In this document: positions 19,882-31,195 of the stretch, in pieces
How positions within the stretch are numbered: position 1 is the first letter of the stretch
Layout: every line of letters begins with the position of its first letter
Assembly: GCA_965237955.1 (NCBI GenBank)
Contig: OZ250169.1
Span: forward strand, 6,784,001 to 6,848,000
Direction of reading: 5' to 3'
Length of the DNA stretch: 64,000 bases
DNA from: Candidatus Marinacidobacterales bacterium
GTDB lineage: Bacteria; Acidobacteriota; Vicinamibacteria; Marinacidobacterales; SMYC01
The notes under the pieces: model-generated
The model's input: the letters and a program-made list of their open reading frames with translations, nothing else
The model's database searches: none
Told to the model about the DNA's origin: nothing
Translations under genes and position numbers: made by a program

Positions 19882-20370
19882 ATCTTTTCTTTGCTCAACG
19901 TCATCGGTGCCGGCTCCGTCGTCGAGAACGGCCGCAAGCGGTAGCGGTAGCGATACTCCTTTGCCGGCAGCGTGTATTCGGGGTGCGTACGCGCACCCCA
20001 GCTCGTATCGCCACCGACGCCCATCTGCTTGTAGTCGAGGTTGAGCGTCACGAGCTCGCGCCGCTTCACATCGGTGGTGTGGCGCTGCCGTTTCGCGTCC
20101 CCGGCATCGAAATCTTCGTTGAGAAACGGATACGCGCTCACATCGAGCATCGGAATCCCCATCGCGAGAAGACCGACACGTTCCGTTGAGAGAAACATAG
20201 TAGGGCGAGCGAAGCTCGTCGTCGGCCAGGGCGGCATCCACGGAGCCGTACGGAATATAGCTTGCGTGGGGCGACTAGCGATGACGCTCGAAGACTTCGG
20301 GGTTTTCCCAATCGGGGACGTCGGGCGTTTGCGCGAGCAGCAGAAGCAATAATGCAAGCGACGAATTCAT
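19882..20370 (-). pseudogene. lacZ: internally deleted GH2 beta-galactosidase (first ~65 and last ~100 codons only)
   Basis: PDWENPEVF..R*SPHAS..SLNGT joined near 20178 to LNLDYKQMGVGGDTSWG..HPEY. Confidence 0.85.
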
Positions 20371-20423
20371 GCCGGTGATGTTACCCTTGCCGGTCTTTAC
20401 GAGCGAATCGTCACGGAGGATTC

Positions 20424-21989
20424 TTGAATCGGCAATCCATGGTGGAGCGGCTCGGGGCCGCGCCCAAGAGTTGGGACATCATTATTATTGGCGGCGGGGC
20501 CACGGGGCTGGGCTCGGCCATCGAAGCCGCGTCCCGCGGCTATCGTACGCTCCTCGTCGAAGCGGGCGACTTCGCCCGCGGCACCTCGAGCCGCAGTACC
20601 AAGCTCGTTCACGGCGGGGTGCGCTACCTCCAGCAAGGGAACATCTCTCTCGTTCTCGAAGCGCTCAAGGAGCGCGGACTGTTGCGCGACAACGCCCCAC
20701 ATCTCGTGCACGATCTTCCGTTCGTGGTCCCGAACTACGACTGGTGGGAAGCGCCTTTCTACGGTGCCGGGCTCCGGATCTACGACGTGCTCGCGGGGAA
20801 GCTGGGGTTCGGCGTTTCGAGGAATCTCACAGTGGATGAAACGCTCGAGCGCTTGCCAACGCTCGAGACCAAGGGACTTCGAGGCGGCGTCATTTACCAC
20901 GACGGACAGTTCGACGACGCCCGTCTCGCCATCGATATGGCGCAAACCGCCGCGGCGCTCGGGGCCACCGTCGTCAACTACGTCCGCGTCACCGCCCTCA
21001 CCAAATCGAACGACGTCGTGGACGGCGTCGTGGCGCTGGACGAGGAGTCCGGTCATGAGCACGAGCTGAAGGCGAAAGTCGTCATCAACGCGACCGGGCC
21101 GTTCACCGACGCCGTGCGTCGACTCGATGAAGAGGGCGCGAAGCCGATGATCCGCCCGAGCCAAGGCGTGCACCTCGTTTTAGATCGCGCATTCCTACCC
21201 GGCGACAGTGCGATCATGGTGCCGCATACGGACGACGGCCGCGTGCTGTTCGCCATTCCTTGGCACGAGCGGGTCGTCGTTGGAACCACCGACACGCCGA
21301 TCGACGAAGTCTCTTTCGAGCCGCTCCCTCTCGATGACGAGATCGATTTTCTCCTCGAGCACACGGCACGCTACCTCACCAAAGACCCGACCGAAGACGA
21401 CATCCTCAGCGCGTTCGCGGGCATCCGACCGCTCGTAAGCATGAGCCCCGAGGACGACACCGCCGCGATCTCGCGAGACCACACGATCCATATTTCGCGA
21501 TCCGGACTGTTGACGATCGCCGGTGGGAAATGGACCACGTATCGCAAAATGGCCGAGGACACGATCGATCAGGCCGCAACCCTCGGCGCGCTCGAGGAAA
21601 AGCTCTCGATCACCAAGACGCTGCGATTGCACGGCTATCACCAAAACGCATCGCAGTTCGGCGAGTTGGCGCACTACGGCGCCGACGCACCGCTCGTCCG
21701 CGATCTCTTGCGCTTCGACACACGGTTCGACGAGCCTCTCCACGACGACTCCACGGTGAAGGTCGGCGAGGTCATTTGGGCCGCACGCCACGAGATGGCG
21801 CGCACGGTCGAGGACTTTCTCTCACGGCGCACGCGGAGCCTTCTGCTCGGGGCCGAGACCGCGATCGCCATGGCTCCGCGCGTCGCCGCGCTCATGGCGG
21901 AAGAGCTCGCGAGAGACGACAACTGGATACAGAATGAAGTGCGCGCCTTCGAAGAGTTAGCCCGAGGATATCTATGTCGACGTTCGTAG
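20424..21989 (+). CDS. glpD: FAD-dependent glycerol-3-phosphate dehydrogenase
   Basis: IIGGGATG, GTSSRSTKLVHGGVRYL, DGQFDDARL, GGKWTTYRKMAE. Confidence 0.95.
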   Translation: MNRQSMVERLGAAPKSWDIIIIGGGATGLGSAIEAASRGYRTLLVEAGDFARGTSSRSTKLVHGGVRYLQQGNISLVLEALKERGLLRDNAPHLVHDLPFVVPNYDWWEAPFYGAGLRIYDVLAGKLGFGVSRNLTVDETLERLPTLETKGLRGGVIYHDGQFDDARLAIDMAQTAAALGATVVNYVRVTALTKSNDVVDGVVALDEESGHEHELKAKVVINATGPFTDAVRRLDEEGAKPMIRPSQGVHLVLDRAFLPGDSAIMVPHTDDGRVLFAIPWHERVVVGTTDTPIDEVSFEPLPLDDEIDFLLEHTARYLTKDPTEDDILSAFAGIRPLVSMSPEDDTAAISRDHTIHISRSGLLTIAGGKWTTYRKMAEDTIDQAATLGALEEKLSITKTLRLHGYHQNASQFGELAHYGADAPLVRDLLRFDTRFDEPLHDDSTVKVGEVIWAARHEMARTVEDFLSRRTRSLLLGAETAIAMAPRVAALMAEELARDDNWIQNEVRAFEELARGYLCRRS

Positions 21990-22020
21990 CCGAGATTGTG
22001 GGAACCGCAGTTCTGATCCC
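21974..22020 (+). pseudogene. 5' stub of a glycerol facilitator (MIP/GlpF)
   Basis: MSTFVAEIVGTAVLI coupled to the glpD end; similarity stops after ~15 codons. Confidence 0.6.
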
Positions 22021-22123
22021 ATCACGGCAACGAGCACGAGGGCAGCCCACTTCCAACCTGGTCCCTCAGCGTACGGAGATCGACGGCGAGATCTCTCATG
22101 CTCTGTATCGTTCGTCGGAGTCT

Positions 22124-22903
22124 CTAACGCCGTATTGCGACCCAGATTTGATGCGTCGACTTATCATCCATCGGGTTCTCGTCGAAATCACCATACGCGG
22201 CGTCGATCTCGAATCCCGCCTCTTCGAGCAAATTGAAGCTCTGCTCAGGTGTCATCCACGAGAGGTTGATGCGACGGTAGCGCCGGTGGACGACGTTACC
22301 GCCCGCGTCGAGGTCGTCGGTCCAGACGACGATGCGTAGCATCTGATGCTCCGAGTCGCGCGTCGTCGCCTCCCAGAGCAAGATGTCACGGCCGGTCTCT
22401 TGATCGCGAAACTCCGCACGCAGGTAAGGCACGCCGGGCCCGGGAGGATAGCTCGGATCGAAGATGAAGTGGTCGAAGATGAGGCGGCCGCCTCGGCGAA
22501 GTTGGTTGTAGATGTTCGCGAGCGCTTTCTGTTTGTCGTCTTCCGTCAACAGGTGCCCGATACTGTGAAACGGTATCGTGATCAGATCCGCTGGCTCTTC
22601 GAGGACGAAGTCGCGGAAATCACCCTGCACCAGCGTCAGGCGGTTGGACACCCCTGCCTTTTTCGCTCTCGTTTCGCACAGCTCGAGAATCTTGCTGGAG
22701 GAGTCGACTCCGATGACGTCTTTGCCTTGCTTCGCCGCTTCGATACAAATCCGCCCGTTACCGACTCCGAGCTCGACCGCGGGGCCATCGGCGGCCACGA
22801 GCTGGCGCACGTAGAACCCCTGATTCTCCCTGGTGATCGGGGCACTGCCGCACCACACGTCGTAGATCTCGGCGAAGTCGTCGTAGGGGACGCGGGCGCT
22901 CAT
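22124..22903 (-). CDS. class I SAM-dependent methyltransferase
   Basis: YDDFAEIYD, VELGVGNGRI, GVDSS, QGDFRDF. Confidence 0.9.
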   Translation of the reverse strand: MSARVPYDDFAEIYDVWCGSAPITRENQGFYVRQLVAADGPAVELGVGNGRICIEAAKQGKDVIGVDSSSKILELCETRAKKAGVSNRLTLVQGDFRDFVLEEPADLITIPFHSIGHLLTEDDKQKALANIYNQLRRGGRLIFDHFIFDPSYPPGPGVPYLRAEFRDQETGRDILLWEATTRDSEHQMLRIVVWTDDLDAGGNVVHRRYRRINLSWMTPEQSFNLLEEAGFEIDAAYGDFDENPMDDKSTHQIWVAIRR

Positions 22904-23020
22904 TGCACTGGTTTTCCCTAACGTTAGAAGGCGAGCTCTGCTAAAGTTACGGGCTCCCGTCAGGCGATTTCTAACAGAGTATCAGAGGGAGCGTGTCCCC
23001 ACACCCGTTTGGGAGGTCCG

Positions 23021-25126
23021 ATGACTGGTTCGGTGGCAGTGACTCGAAACGGCCCGGTTCGCGTTCTTTCGATCGATAACCCGCCCGTCAACGGGCTCGG
23101 CGCCGCCGTGCGCCGAGCACTCACCGAAGAGCTCGCAAAAGCACTCGACGACGCGGACGTCGAGGCTATCGTGATCGCGGGCCAAGGAAAGATGTTCTGC
23201 GCTGGTGCCGACATCCGGGAGCTCGGGCAAGAGCCACCGCCCGACACGCCACAACTCCCCGACGTGATCGACGCAGTCGAAGCCGCCACCAAACCCGTCG
23301 TCGCCGCCATTCACGGCGTTGCCGCGGGCGGAGGTCTCGAGCTCGCGCTCGGCTGCCACGCGCGGGTTGCCAGCCCGGATGCTCGCGTTGGACTCCCCGA
23401 GGTCACGCTCGGCATCATTCCCGGAGCCGGCGGTACTCAGAGACTTCCCCGCCTCATCGGCGTCGAACCCGCGCTCGATCTCATCGTGTCCGGCAAGCTG
23501 ATCCCGGCGGCCAAGGCCAAAAAGCTCGGCTTCATCGACGAGCTCGTCAATATCAATGTCAGGGGAGACGTCGTCGACGCCGCCGTCGCACACGCAAAAA
23601 CGATCACGACGCTGCGAAGATCCTCCGAAGGTGAGCTCGACGCGGACGAAGCCGTCTTCGCTACCGTGAAGAAAAGCATCGCCAAGAAAGCCCGCGGCTT
23701 CGACGCGCCGTACGCCGCAATCGATGCGGTGCGCGCCGCCACCGAGCTTCCGATGCGTGAGGGATTCGAAAAAGAGCGCGAGATCTTCCTCGGTCTGTTG
23801 AACTCCGAACAAGCTCGAGCCCAGCGCCACGTTTTTTTCGCGGAGCGCGAAGTGGCCAAAGTGCCCGACGTTCCCAAGGACACCAAAACGGCGGATATCC
23901 AACGCGTCGGTATCGTGGGATGCGGCACTATGGGCGGAGGCATCGCGATGAGCTTCGCGGATGCGGGCATCCCCGTGATTGTGTTGGAAAGCGAAGAAAC
24001 GGCACTCGATCGTGGACTCGAAAGGATACGCAGTCTCTACGAGTCGAGCGTCAAGAAGGGTCGGCTCGCGAAAGAAGACAGGGACGCGCGTCTTGCTCGC
24101 CTTCAAGGAACGCTCGAAGCATCCGAGCTCAGCGACGCCGACATCGTCGTTGAGGCGGCGTTCGAGTCGATGGAAGTCAAAAAAGACGTATTCCGCCGCC
24201 TCGACGAAATCTGTAAAGATGACGCCATCCTCGCCACGAATACGTCGACACTCGACGTGAACGAGATCGCGGACGCGACCAAGCGTCCCGAGAACGTAAT
24301 AGGCACGCATTTTTTCAGCCCCGCTCACATCATGAAGCTCATGGAGAACGTGCGCGGCGAGAAGACGTCGAAGGAAACCGTCGCGACGGTGATGAAGCTA
24401 TCGAAGCGGCTCGGCAAAGTCGGCGTGCTCGTCGGTGTGTGCGACGGTTTTGTCGGCAACCGTATGCTTTACGCCTACCGGCGCCAGGCGGATTTTCTCC
24501 TCGAGGAAGGTGCACTGCCGCAACAGGTCGATAGCGCGCTCTACGAGTTCGGGCTTCCCATGGGACCGTTCGCAATGGCGGATCTCGCCGGGCTCGACAT
24601 CGGCTGGGCGATCCAAAAGCGGCAAGCGGCGACGAGGCCCAAAGACCTCCGCTACTCCCCCATCGCGGATCGCATCTGCGAGATGGATCGTTTCGGGCAA
24701 AAGACCGGCGCAGGCTGGTACCGCTACGAGCCCGGAAGCCGTACCCCGATTCCGGATCCCGAAATCGAGAAGCTCATTATCGACGTGTCCACCGAGCTCG
24801 GGTTCGAGCGGCGCACGATCGACGATGCCGAGATCGTCGAGCGCTGCATGTATTCGCTGATCAATGAAGGCGCCAAGATTCTCGAAGAAGGCATTGCGCT
24901 TCGCCCGAGCGACATCGATATCGTGTGGATCTATGGCTTCGGGTTTCCGCGCTATCGCGGTGGGCCGATGTTCTATGCCGATACCGTCGGCGTCGACACG
25001 GTCTACGAGCTCATGGCCAAGCTTTATGAACAGCAGGGTGAGTGGGTGAAGCCCGCGCCGCTTCTAGAAAAACTCGCCAAAGAAGGCAAGAGCTTCAAGG
25101 ACTACGCCGACTCGAATCGAGCATGA
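23021..25126 (+). CDS. enoyl-CoA hydratase / 3-hydroxyacyl-CoA dehydrogenase multifunctional enzyme
   Basis: FCAGADI, GGGLELAL, PGAGGTQRLPR, GCGTMGGGIA, LATNTSTL, GTHFFSPA, GFVGNR. Confidence 0.95.
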   Translation: MTGSVAVTRNGPVRVLSIDNPPVNGLGAAVRRALTEELAKALDDADVEAIVIAGQGKMFCAGADIRELGQEPPPDTPQLPDVIDAVEAATKPVVAAIHGVAAGGGLELALGCHARVASPDARVGLPEVTLGIIPGAGGTQRLPRLIGVEPALDLIVSGKLIPAAKAKKLGFIDELVNINVRGDVVDAAVAHAKTITTLRRSSEGELDADEAVFATVKKSIAKKARGFDAPYAAIDAVRAATELPMREGFEKEREIFLGLLNSEQARAQRHVFFAEREVAKVPDVPKDTKTADIQRVGIVGCGTMGGGIAMSFADAGIPVIVLESEETALDRGLERIRSLYESSVKKGRLAKEDRDARLARLQGTLEASELSDADIVVEAAFESMEVKKDVFRRLDEICKDDAILATNTSTLDVNEIADATKRPENVIGTHFFSPAHIMKLMENVRGEKTSKETVATVMKLSKRLGKVGVLVGVCDGFVGNRMLYAYRRQADFLLEEGALPQQVDSALYEFGLPMGPFAMADLAGLDIGWAIQKRQAATRPKDLRYSPIADRICEMDRFGQKTGAGWYRYEPGSRTPIPDPEIEKLIIDVSTELGFERRTIDDAEIVERCMYSLINEGAKILEEGIALRPSDIDIVWIYGFGFPRYRGGPMFYADTVGVDTVYELMAKLYEQQGEWVKPAPLLEKLAKEGKSFKDYADSNRA

Positions 25127-25329
25127 GCTCGAGCTCAGCGTCGAGCACGCGCTTGGTGCCCGGCGGACCAAACGCCGACGGAGCCGCCGTCAACGTGCTC
25201 GAAAATCCTGGTGGTGACCAATGGGGGCTAAATCTGGTGACCAATGAGCAGGCCCAGTCGTAAACCTCGCAGCAGTAGCTGGATACGCCGACACAACTCC
25301 CGACTCTGCGCTAAGCTATACACAGCCCT

Positions 25330-26160
25330 ATGACAATCGAAAACGAAACCGAAACGACGCCCGAAGCGAATCTGAAACCATGGTTGCTTCTGCTCGGAGT
25401 CATCGTGCTTCTCGCGATGATCGGTCTCGGCTTGATCGGATACCGCGTCCTGGAGCGGCTCGACGCCATCGAGACCCAAGTGTCCACACTCAGCACCCAG
25501 GCTGTCGAAGCGACCGATGCGTCGGAGCGAGCGTTGGCACGAGCCGAGAGAGCAGAACAGGCGGCCCGAGCTGCCGCCGAAGGGCGCCTGCTCGCGGAAG
25601 CAGACTCGGAGCGGGCAGAGGAAGACGCGGAGCTCGCGCGTGACGACGCACGGACGTCGCGCGCGGATGCCGAAGCTGCGCGCGCCGAGGCGGAGCGCAT
25701 CCGCAGAGAGGCCGAGGCGGAGATGAACCGTCTCGAAGACGCGTTGGGACAAATCGCGGAGACGCGTCGCACCGCGCTCGGTCTCGTCATGAACTTGGGA
25801 GAGGACTCGCTCAAGTTCGACTTCGACAAGTCGGAGCTGCGAGCCGGGAACAAAGAGCTTTTGAGCCGCATCGCCGGCATCCTGATGACGTCGTCCGACT
25901 ATACCGTCTCCGTCAACGGGCACACCGATGACGTCGGGAGCGTCGAGTACAACATCGGTCTCTCCGAACGAAGAGCGATCGCGGTACGTAATTACTTCGT
26001 TGAAGCCGGGATCGATGACAGCATTCTCACCGTCGAGGGATTCGGCAAGTCACAGCCCCTCGTGCAAGGAACGTCCGATGAAGCCCGGACGAAGAACCGG
26101 CGCGTCGAGCTCGGGATCGTGAACACCCGCATCAAGTATCCGAGCGCCGTCAGGCGATAG
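25330..26160 (+). CDS. membrane-anchored coiled-coil OmpA-like peptidoglycan-binding protein
   Basis: N-terminal TM, Ala/Glu/Arg coiled coil, FDFDKSEL, GHTDDVG..YN..LSERRA, KNRRVE. Confidence 0.9.
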   Translation: MTIENETETTPEANLKPWLLLLGVIVLLAMIGLGLIGYRVLERLDAIETQVSTLSTQAVEATDASERALARAERAEQAARAAAEGRLLAEADSERAEEDAELARDDARTSRADAEAARAEAERIRREAEAEMNRLEDALGQIAETRRTALGLVMNLGEDSLKFDFDKSELRAGNKELLSRIAGILMTSSDYTVSVNGHTDDVGSVEYNIGLSERRAIAVRNYFVEAGIDDSILTVEGFGKSQPLVQGTSDEARTKNRRVELGIVNTRIKYPSAVRR

Positions 26161-26464
26161 CCGCAGGCGCGCCCACTTTGCGCCTTTGCGACTCTGCGCC
26201 TTTGCGTTAAGAAAAAAAGCCCCGAGCGGTTTCCTGTTAGCCGACGCCGACCCCGGACTGTTCGGCGTCGCGGTGAGCTCTCGTAGCGTCGCTTGCAACG
26301 AGCGCCTGCTGAGCTCACTGAAGGTCAGGCGTCGGTCTACCAAGCTTTCCAAATGTAGCCGGGCCTTCTTCGCAAGGCGTCCGTGGATCGCGACAACGGG
26401 AACGTCTCGGGTGCGTTCGCTACGACGAAGCTCTTAGTTGCGAGAAGGTCAACCGAATCGCGAA

Positions 26465-29106
26465 CTACACGGCCTTCGAGCTCGCGGAGACACGATAGAG
26501 CTCGGCTTGGAGATGGCTCATTTGTTGATAGCGGTCGTCCGGCCTCTTCTGGAGACAGCGCAAGATGACCTTTTCGAGGTCTTCGGGAACGTCTTGCTGG
26601 ATGGCGCGCGGCTCCGGGGGATCGTCCTGAACATGCTTCATCGCAATGCTGAACGGCGAGTCCCCTTTGAACGGCAACTCGCCGGTGAACATCTCGTAGA
26701 GAACGACGCCCATGGAGTAGAGGTCGCTCCGGTAGTCGAGGTCGCCTTTGCCCTGCGCCTGTTCCGGTGACATGTAGTCCGGCGTTCCTATGACCAGCCC
26801 TGTCTCTGTCATCCCGGATTTTTCTTGTTCACGGACGATGCCGAAGTCCATGATCTTCACGTCACTTTGATGCGTGAGCATGATGTTTTGCGGCTTCACA
26901 TCGCGGTGGACGACGTTCGCCCCGTGCGCGGCCACGAGCCCGGCGGTAGCCTGTTTCGCGATGTGGAGCCCGATGCCCATAGGAAGCGCGCCTCGGCTGC
27001 GGATCAATTGTTTAAGGGTCATCCCCTGGACGAACTCCATAGTGATGAAACGGATCCCGTTCGCTTCCCCGAAGTCGAACGTGCGCACGATGTTTCGGTG
27101 CGTGATCCTCCGCGCCACACGAATCTCGGTCTTGAACCGCTCGAGGATACTCGGATCCATCGATGCGATCTCCGGACGCAACACCTTGAGCGCCACCAGC
27201 TCGTCGAGATCGCGATCGTGGGCTTGGAAGACCATTCCCATGCCTCCGCTCCCGAGAACGCGCCGGATTTCGTAGCGGGTACCGAGCTTCGAGCCAGGCT
27301 CGAGAGACGACAAGGTTACAGCGGGTTCGTCTTCGCTCCGCGCGGCCACACCGTCGACAGAGGTGGGGATGTTCCGCTTCGCTCGCGTGCGCGACTCGGA
27401 GATTTGGGTTTGGCGCGCTGTTCCCGTCGACAAGCTGAACACCGGGACCGGCACATCGAATCCGTGGAGTGCGAGGGGCGAGTGCGGCTCGGCCGCGGTG
27501 CGATCCTTGATGCTCTCGTAGGCGTCTTGCGATAACAACACTTCGCCCGGGTGCGCGTCCGACGCCAAGCGGCCCGCGACGTGGACCACGGGCCCGAGCA
27601 GCGTATAGTCGAGTCGATCGGAGCTACCGACACCGCGCCGAAAACGGCTTCGCCCGAGCTGACACCGATGCTCGGGACCAACGCGTCCTCCCTGTCCGTC
27701 TCGTCCCCCAACTCCATCAGATGTTGGATGGACACGGCGCAGCGGATCGCAGGCCACACACGATCGTCCCCCATGAAGATCGCCATCATGCGGTCACCGA
27801 TGAACTTGTCCACTTGCCCACCGTAGCGCTCGACGAGATCCGCCTGACGGCTGAGCGCTTGGTTCACTCGACTCAGGACTCTCGACGGTTCACTCATCTC
27901 GCCGCGCAAAATCGCATGTGCCTTCAGATCCGAGAACAGCACCGTGACTGGACGTTTCTCTCCGCCGACGTTCGCGGTGGCGTCGGTTCTCCGAATCATG
28001 TCGGCCGCGGATTGCGAGATGAACTTCTCCATGACCTGCTTTTCGCGGAGCTCGCCGAGAAGAGCGCGGAACGCTTTCGCGAGTGTTCCGATCTCGTCGC
28101 CAGAGGTCACTTCCACCTCGCTCTGGTAGTCCCCTTCACGGATCTTGTTCGTCACTTCCACGAGACGCTGGAGGGGTCGCGCTAGCCCACGCGCGAGCAG
28201 ATGGCTGGCAATGGCGGCGAGTGCGACGCCGAGTAGCCCCACAAGAAGGACGCTTCGCTGGAACGCCCGGAAAGGTGCAAGCTCGACATCGCGCGAGCGC
28301 AGCGCCGCGAACAACCCGATTGTCTCCTCGTCGACGGTCGAAAGCGGCGCGAACACCGCTTGATAGGTTTCGCCGGCCAGGTCGATGCGCACATCTTCGG
28401 CGTCCGCGGGCATGGACTCCGATTCGAGCCACGCCGCGAGCGCTTCGGTGCTCTCGGCAAGCGTAGAGCCAGTCTGCCGGTAGCCATCTTCCGTCCGCGA
28501 AAAGAACACGACTTCGCAGTTCGCGAACTTCTTGATACTTACCGCCAGGTCGTTCCCGATCTCGTAGCCGGAGACCACCGCGCCGATGAGCTCGGGACCC
28601 ACGAGAAGCGGTACCGAAACCGCATGGTAGAGTCGATCCGCCTCGCGCCACACGCCGCCCACCTCATAGCCTTCGAGTGCATCCGCCACGAGAGGATCCT
28701 GAGAGAGATTCACACCGGTGAGCGCCGGAAGGTCCGTTCGTGCGACGACACTCCCCCCGTAGTCGGTGATGATCATGAAGTCACTTCCGACCTGGCCGAC
28801 CATGTCGCGCGCAGAGTCGAGCGTTGTCGCTTCGTCCAACTCCGCGACCGCCTCTTTGAAGTAAGGACTGTCCACGATCACCGAGTTGATGAGGGATAGC
28901 TTCTCGACGCGATCGGCCTCGAGGTTCTCGTAGAGATCTCGAGTACCCGAGAGCGCCCTCTGGAGCGATTCCATCGCCAACGTGTTGGCGCGCTGGACCG
29001 AGAACACAAGAAGTGCTCCGCTCAGACCGACGACGAGAACGAGGCAGAGAATGAAAATCTTTGCTTCAAGGCTCAGCCGCGACCAGAAAGAATCAGTACT
29101 TGCCAC
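26465..29106 (-). pseudogene. membrane sensor: Cache-like + HAMP + class III cyclase + Ser/Thr kinase, frameshift near 27635
   Basis: Two TMs, HAMP (SGDEIGTLAKAF), VLFSD / DKFIGD, then DYTLLGP and kinase GSGGMG, HRDVKPQN, DFG, GTPDYMSPE in a second frame. Confidence 0.85.
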
Positions 29107-29758
29107 GCTTCCTCTTGTAGGGCTTTCCGAACTTGTTGAGATGGGGGCGTTTCTTGAATTTGGAAACATCGAGCGTCAGCCGCACGCCGCTCGCACCAGC
29201 CTCGGTCACGACCACGGGCTGAGCGGTTCCGCCTTGCTCGCTCCACACTTTGACGGTGTAACTACCCGGTGGCACGCCCTCGATGGTGAAGCTGCCATCG
29301 ACCTCGACCCAAGTGTAGTAAGGGTTGGGCTGCACGAAAACGAACGCGCTCATGTCCGGGTGGATATTGCAGTAGATACGAACCAGGCCCGGATTCTCGA
29401 ACACGAAATCTTGCTTCGCACCCGATTTGTACAAACCGAGGTCGAAACGGTTCCCTTTGGAGATCGAGAACACGTTGTGCATGATGTTGTCCACGTTCGG
29501 AAACGTCACGCTTTTTCCGACGGGAATAGCCTCGACGTGCGGCGTGAATGACTTGTTCTGCGAAGTGATGACAACGTTTCGCTCTAGTAGCTCGTTGGGA
29601 ATGGCCTCTTCGACGCCGTCGACGTAAACGAGCACGTCTTTGACCAGTCTTCGCTCGACACCCCGCTTCTCGAGCACCGCGACCCGCCCCGAGATCTGGG
29701 CAGACGCATCGACCGATAGGAAAATCAGAGCGAGGAAACCGAAACAAAATCTACTCAT
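29093..29758 (-). CDS. periplasmic cupredoxin-like + carboxypeptidase-regulatory-like protein
   Basis: Signal peptide, FPNVDNIMHNVFS, YCNIHPDM, GVPPGSYTVKVW. Confidence 0.85.
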   Translation of the reverse strand: MSRFCFGFLALIFLSVDASAQISGRVAVLEKRGVERRLVKDVLVYVDGVEEAIPNELLERNVVITSQNKSFTPHVEAIPVGKSVTFPNVDNIMHNVFSISKGNRFDLGLYKSGAKQDFVFENPGLVRIYCNIHPDMSAFVFVQPNPYYTWVEVDGSFTIEGVPPGSYTVKVWSEQGGTAQPVVVTEAGASGVRLTLDVSKFKKRPHLNKFGKPYKRKRGKY

Positions 29759-29875
29759 GGCGTTCGTTCGAGCGAGGAATCGCATAGTAGCACAGATATT
29801 GCTTGACGCCAGTTTACGCCTTCCGTACGATGAAGACGATTCCTTTCCGCGCGAACAACCCAAGGAGACCAATTC

Positions 29876-31195
29876 ATGCGCCTTTTGCACTACTTCGTCA
29901 TCGTGTGGGTTGCAGCTCTATCCACTCTGGCGCGGGCTCAGGACGAGCCGTTCGAAGAGCCCGAGGAGATCGAGTTTCGAATCTCGGGCGAGGTCAAGGC
30001 GCACTACCGCTGGTCGCAGGAAGACGACTTCCCCCTCACTTTTTTTCCACCCGAGTTCACGCCGGTGGGACGGGATAGCGTCGAGCTCCGCACGGTTTCG
30101 CCGGGATCTTCGCTCGAGGTCAGTAAGGCCACGATTTTCTTAGAGGCTGATTTCCCTCGATCCATCTTCGGACGCGTGAAGATCGACTTCATCGATCTCT
30201 ATGACCGTAACCCGACGTCAGGCGATCGGAACGTCGACGTGGACGAAGCCTATCTCCGTTTCGGGATGAAGTACGAATCTCTGGAAGCCTTCGCCGGAAG
30301 CCATGTCTACGCGCTGTTCGGAAAAGCGCCCAAGTTCGAGCGCCAGCTATTCCGGCGCTTTTCGAGCTACGGTCTCGTATCGACGGCGTTCAACCGTTTC
30401 AACGATATCCAACTCCAGTTCGGCGGCAGCATCGGCACCAATTTCTATTTTCGAGCGCAGGTCAGCAACGGCAACCCAATATTCATGCGCGATCCGAACG
30501 CGCTCGCTGGTGACAACGGCGTCGTGCCACCACCCAACCCCGATATCACATTCAACTCCGGCTTTCCCATTTTTTACCATGCCGAGGTGGAGGAAGTCGC
30601 CTTCGACGGCAACATGGAGGGCGGTTTCGGAGCAGGCATCCGCTTCCTCTCCGAAGACCAAGAGACCGGCGTCGATATTCTCGGCTTCTACTACCAAACG
30701 ACACTATCGGAAGCGGCACCACTCAATGGAACTTTCTACGAAGGCGACCTCGATATCCTCAACGGTTTCGGCGTTAGCCTCGAGCTCGACGGCGACAAGA
30801 GACGAGAGTGGGGATTCAACGTCGACCTGGCGGTGCGCGACCTCGGCCTTTTTCTTCAATATGTCGACGAGGAATCGGCTTCGTTGCCGCGCACCGGCTT
30901 CGAATTGGAAATCGGCTACAGCATCGTCACCGGCGATCCTGGAGATCCCGGCGCACTGTTCACGGTCATCGAGCCGGTGCTCCGCTACAGCTATCTCGAC
31001 AACGATTTCAGGGCGCCGCCGGGATTCGTCGCCCCGAGCGTCGCGTGGGACTGGACGAAGATCGATGTGGGAGTGCGCCTCGCGATCATGCAGAACATCG
31101 ATCTAACGATGGAATACGCGTTCCACGACATCACCGCCAAGCAACAAATCGACCACAACGAGTTCCTATCGACGCTGCACTGGCCGTTTCCATAG
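29876..31195 (+). CDS. putative outer-membrane beta-barrel protein
   Basis: Signal peptide, amphipathic strands, aromatic C-terminus. Confidence 0.7.
   Translation: MRLLHYFVIVWVAALSTLARAQDEPFEEPEEIEFRISGEVKAHYRWSQEDDFPLTFFPPEFTPVGRDSVELRTVSPGSSLEVSKATIFLEADFPRSIFGRVKIDFIDLYDRNPTSGDRNVDVDEAYLRFGMKYESLEAFAGSHVYALFGKAPKFERQLFRRFSSYGLVSTAFNRFNDIQLQFGGSIGTNFYFRAQVSNGNPIFMRDPNALAGDNGVVPPPNPDITFNSGFPIFYHAEVEEVAFDGNMEGGFGAGIRFLSEDQETGVDILGFYYQTTLSEAAPLNGTFYEGDLDILNGFGVSLELDGDKRREWGFNVDLAVRDLGLFLQYVDEESASLPRTGFELEIGYSIVTGDPGDPGALFTVIEPVLRYSYLDNDFRAPPGFVAPSVAWDWTKIDVGVRLAIMQNIDLTMEYAFHDITAKQQIDHNEFLSTLHWPFP

Noticed and set aside
26176-26208. CTTTGCGCC-type 8-9-bp tandem repeat after the OmpA gene
   Set aside because: Short low-complexity intergenic repeat with no associated gene or structure supportable here
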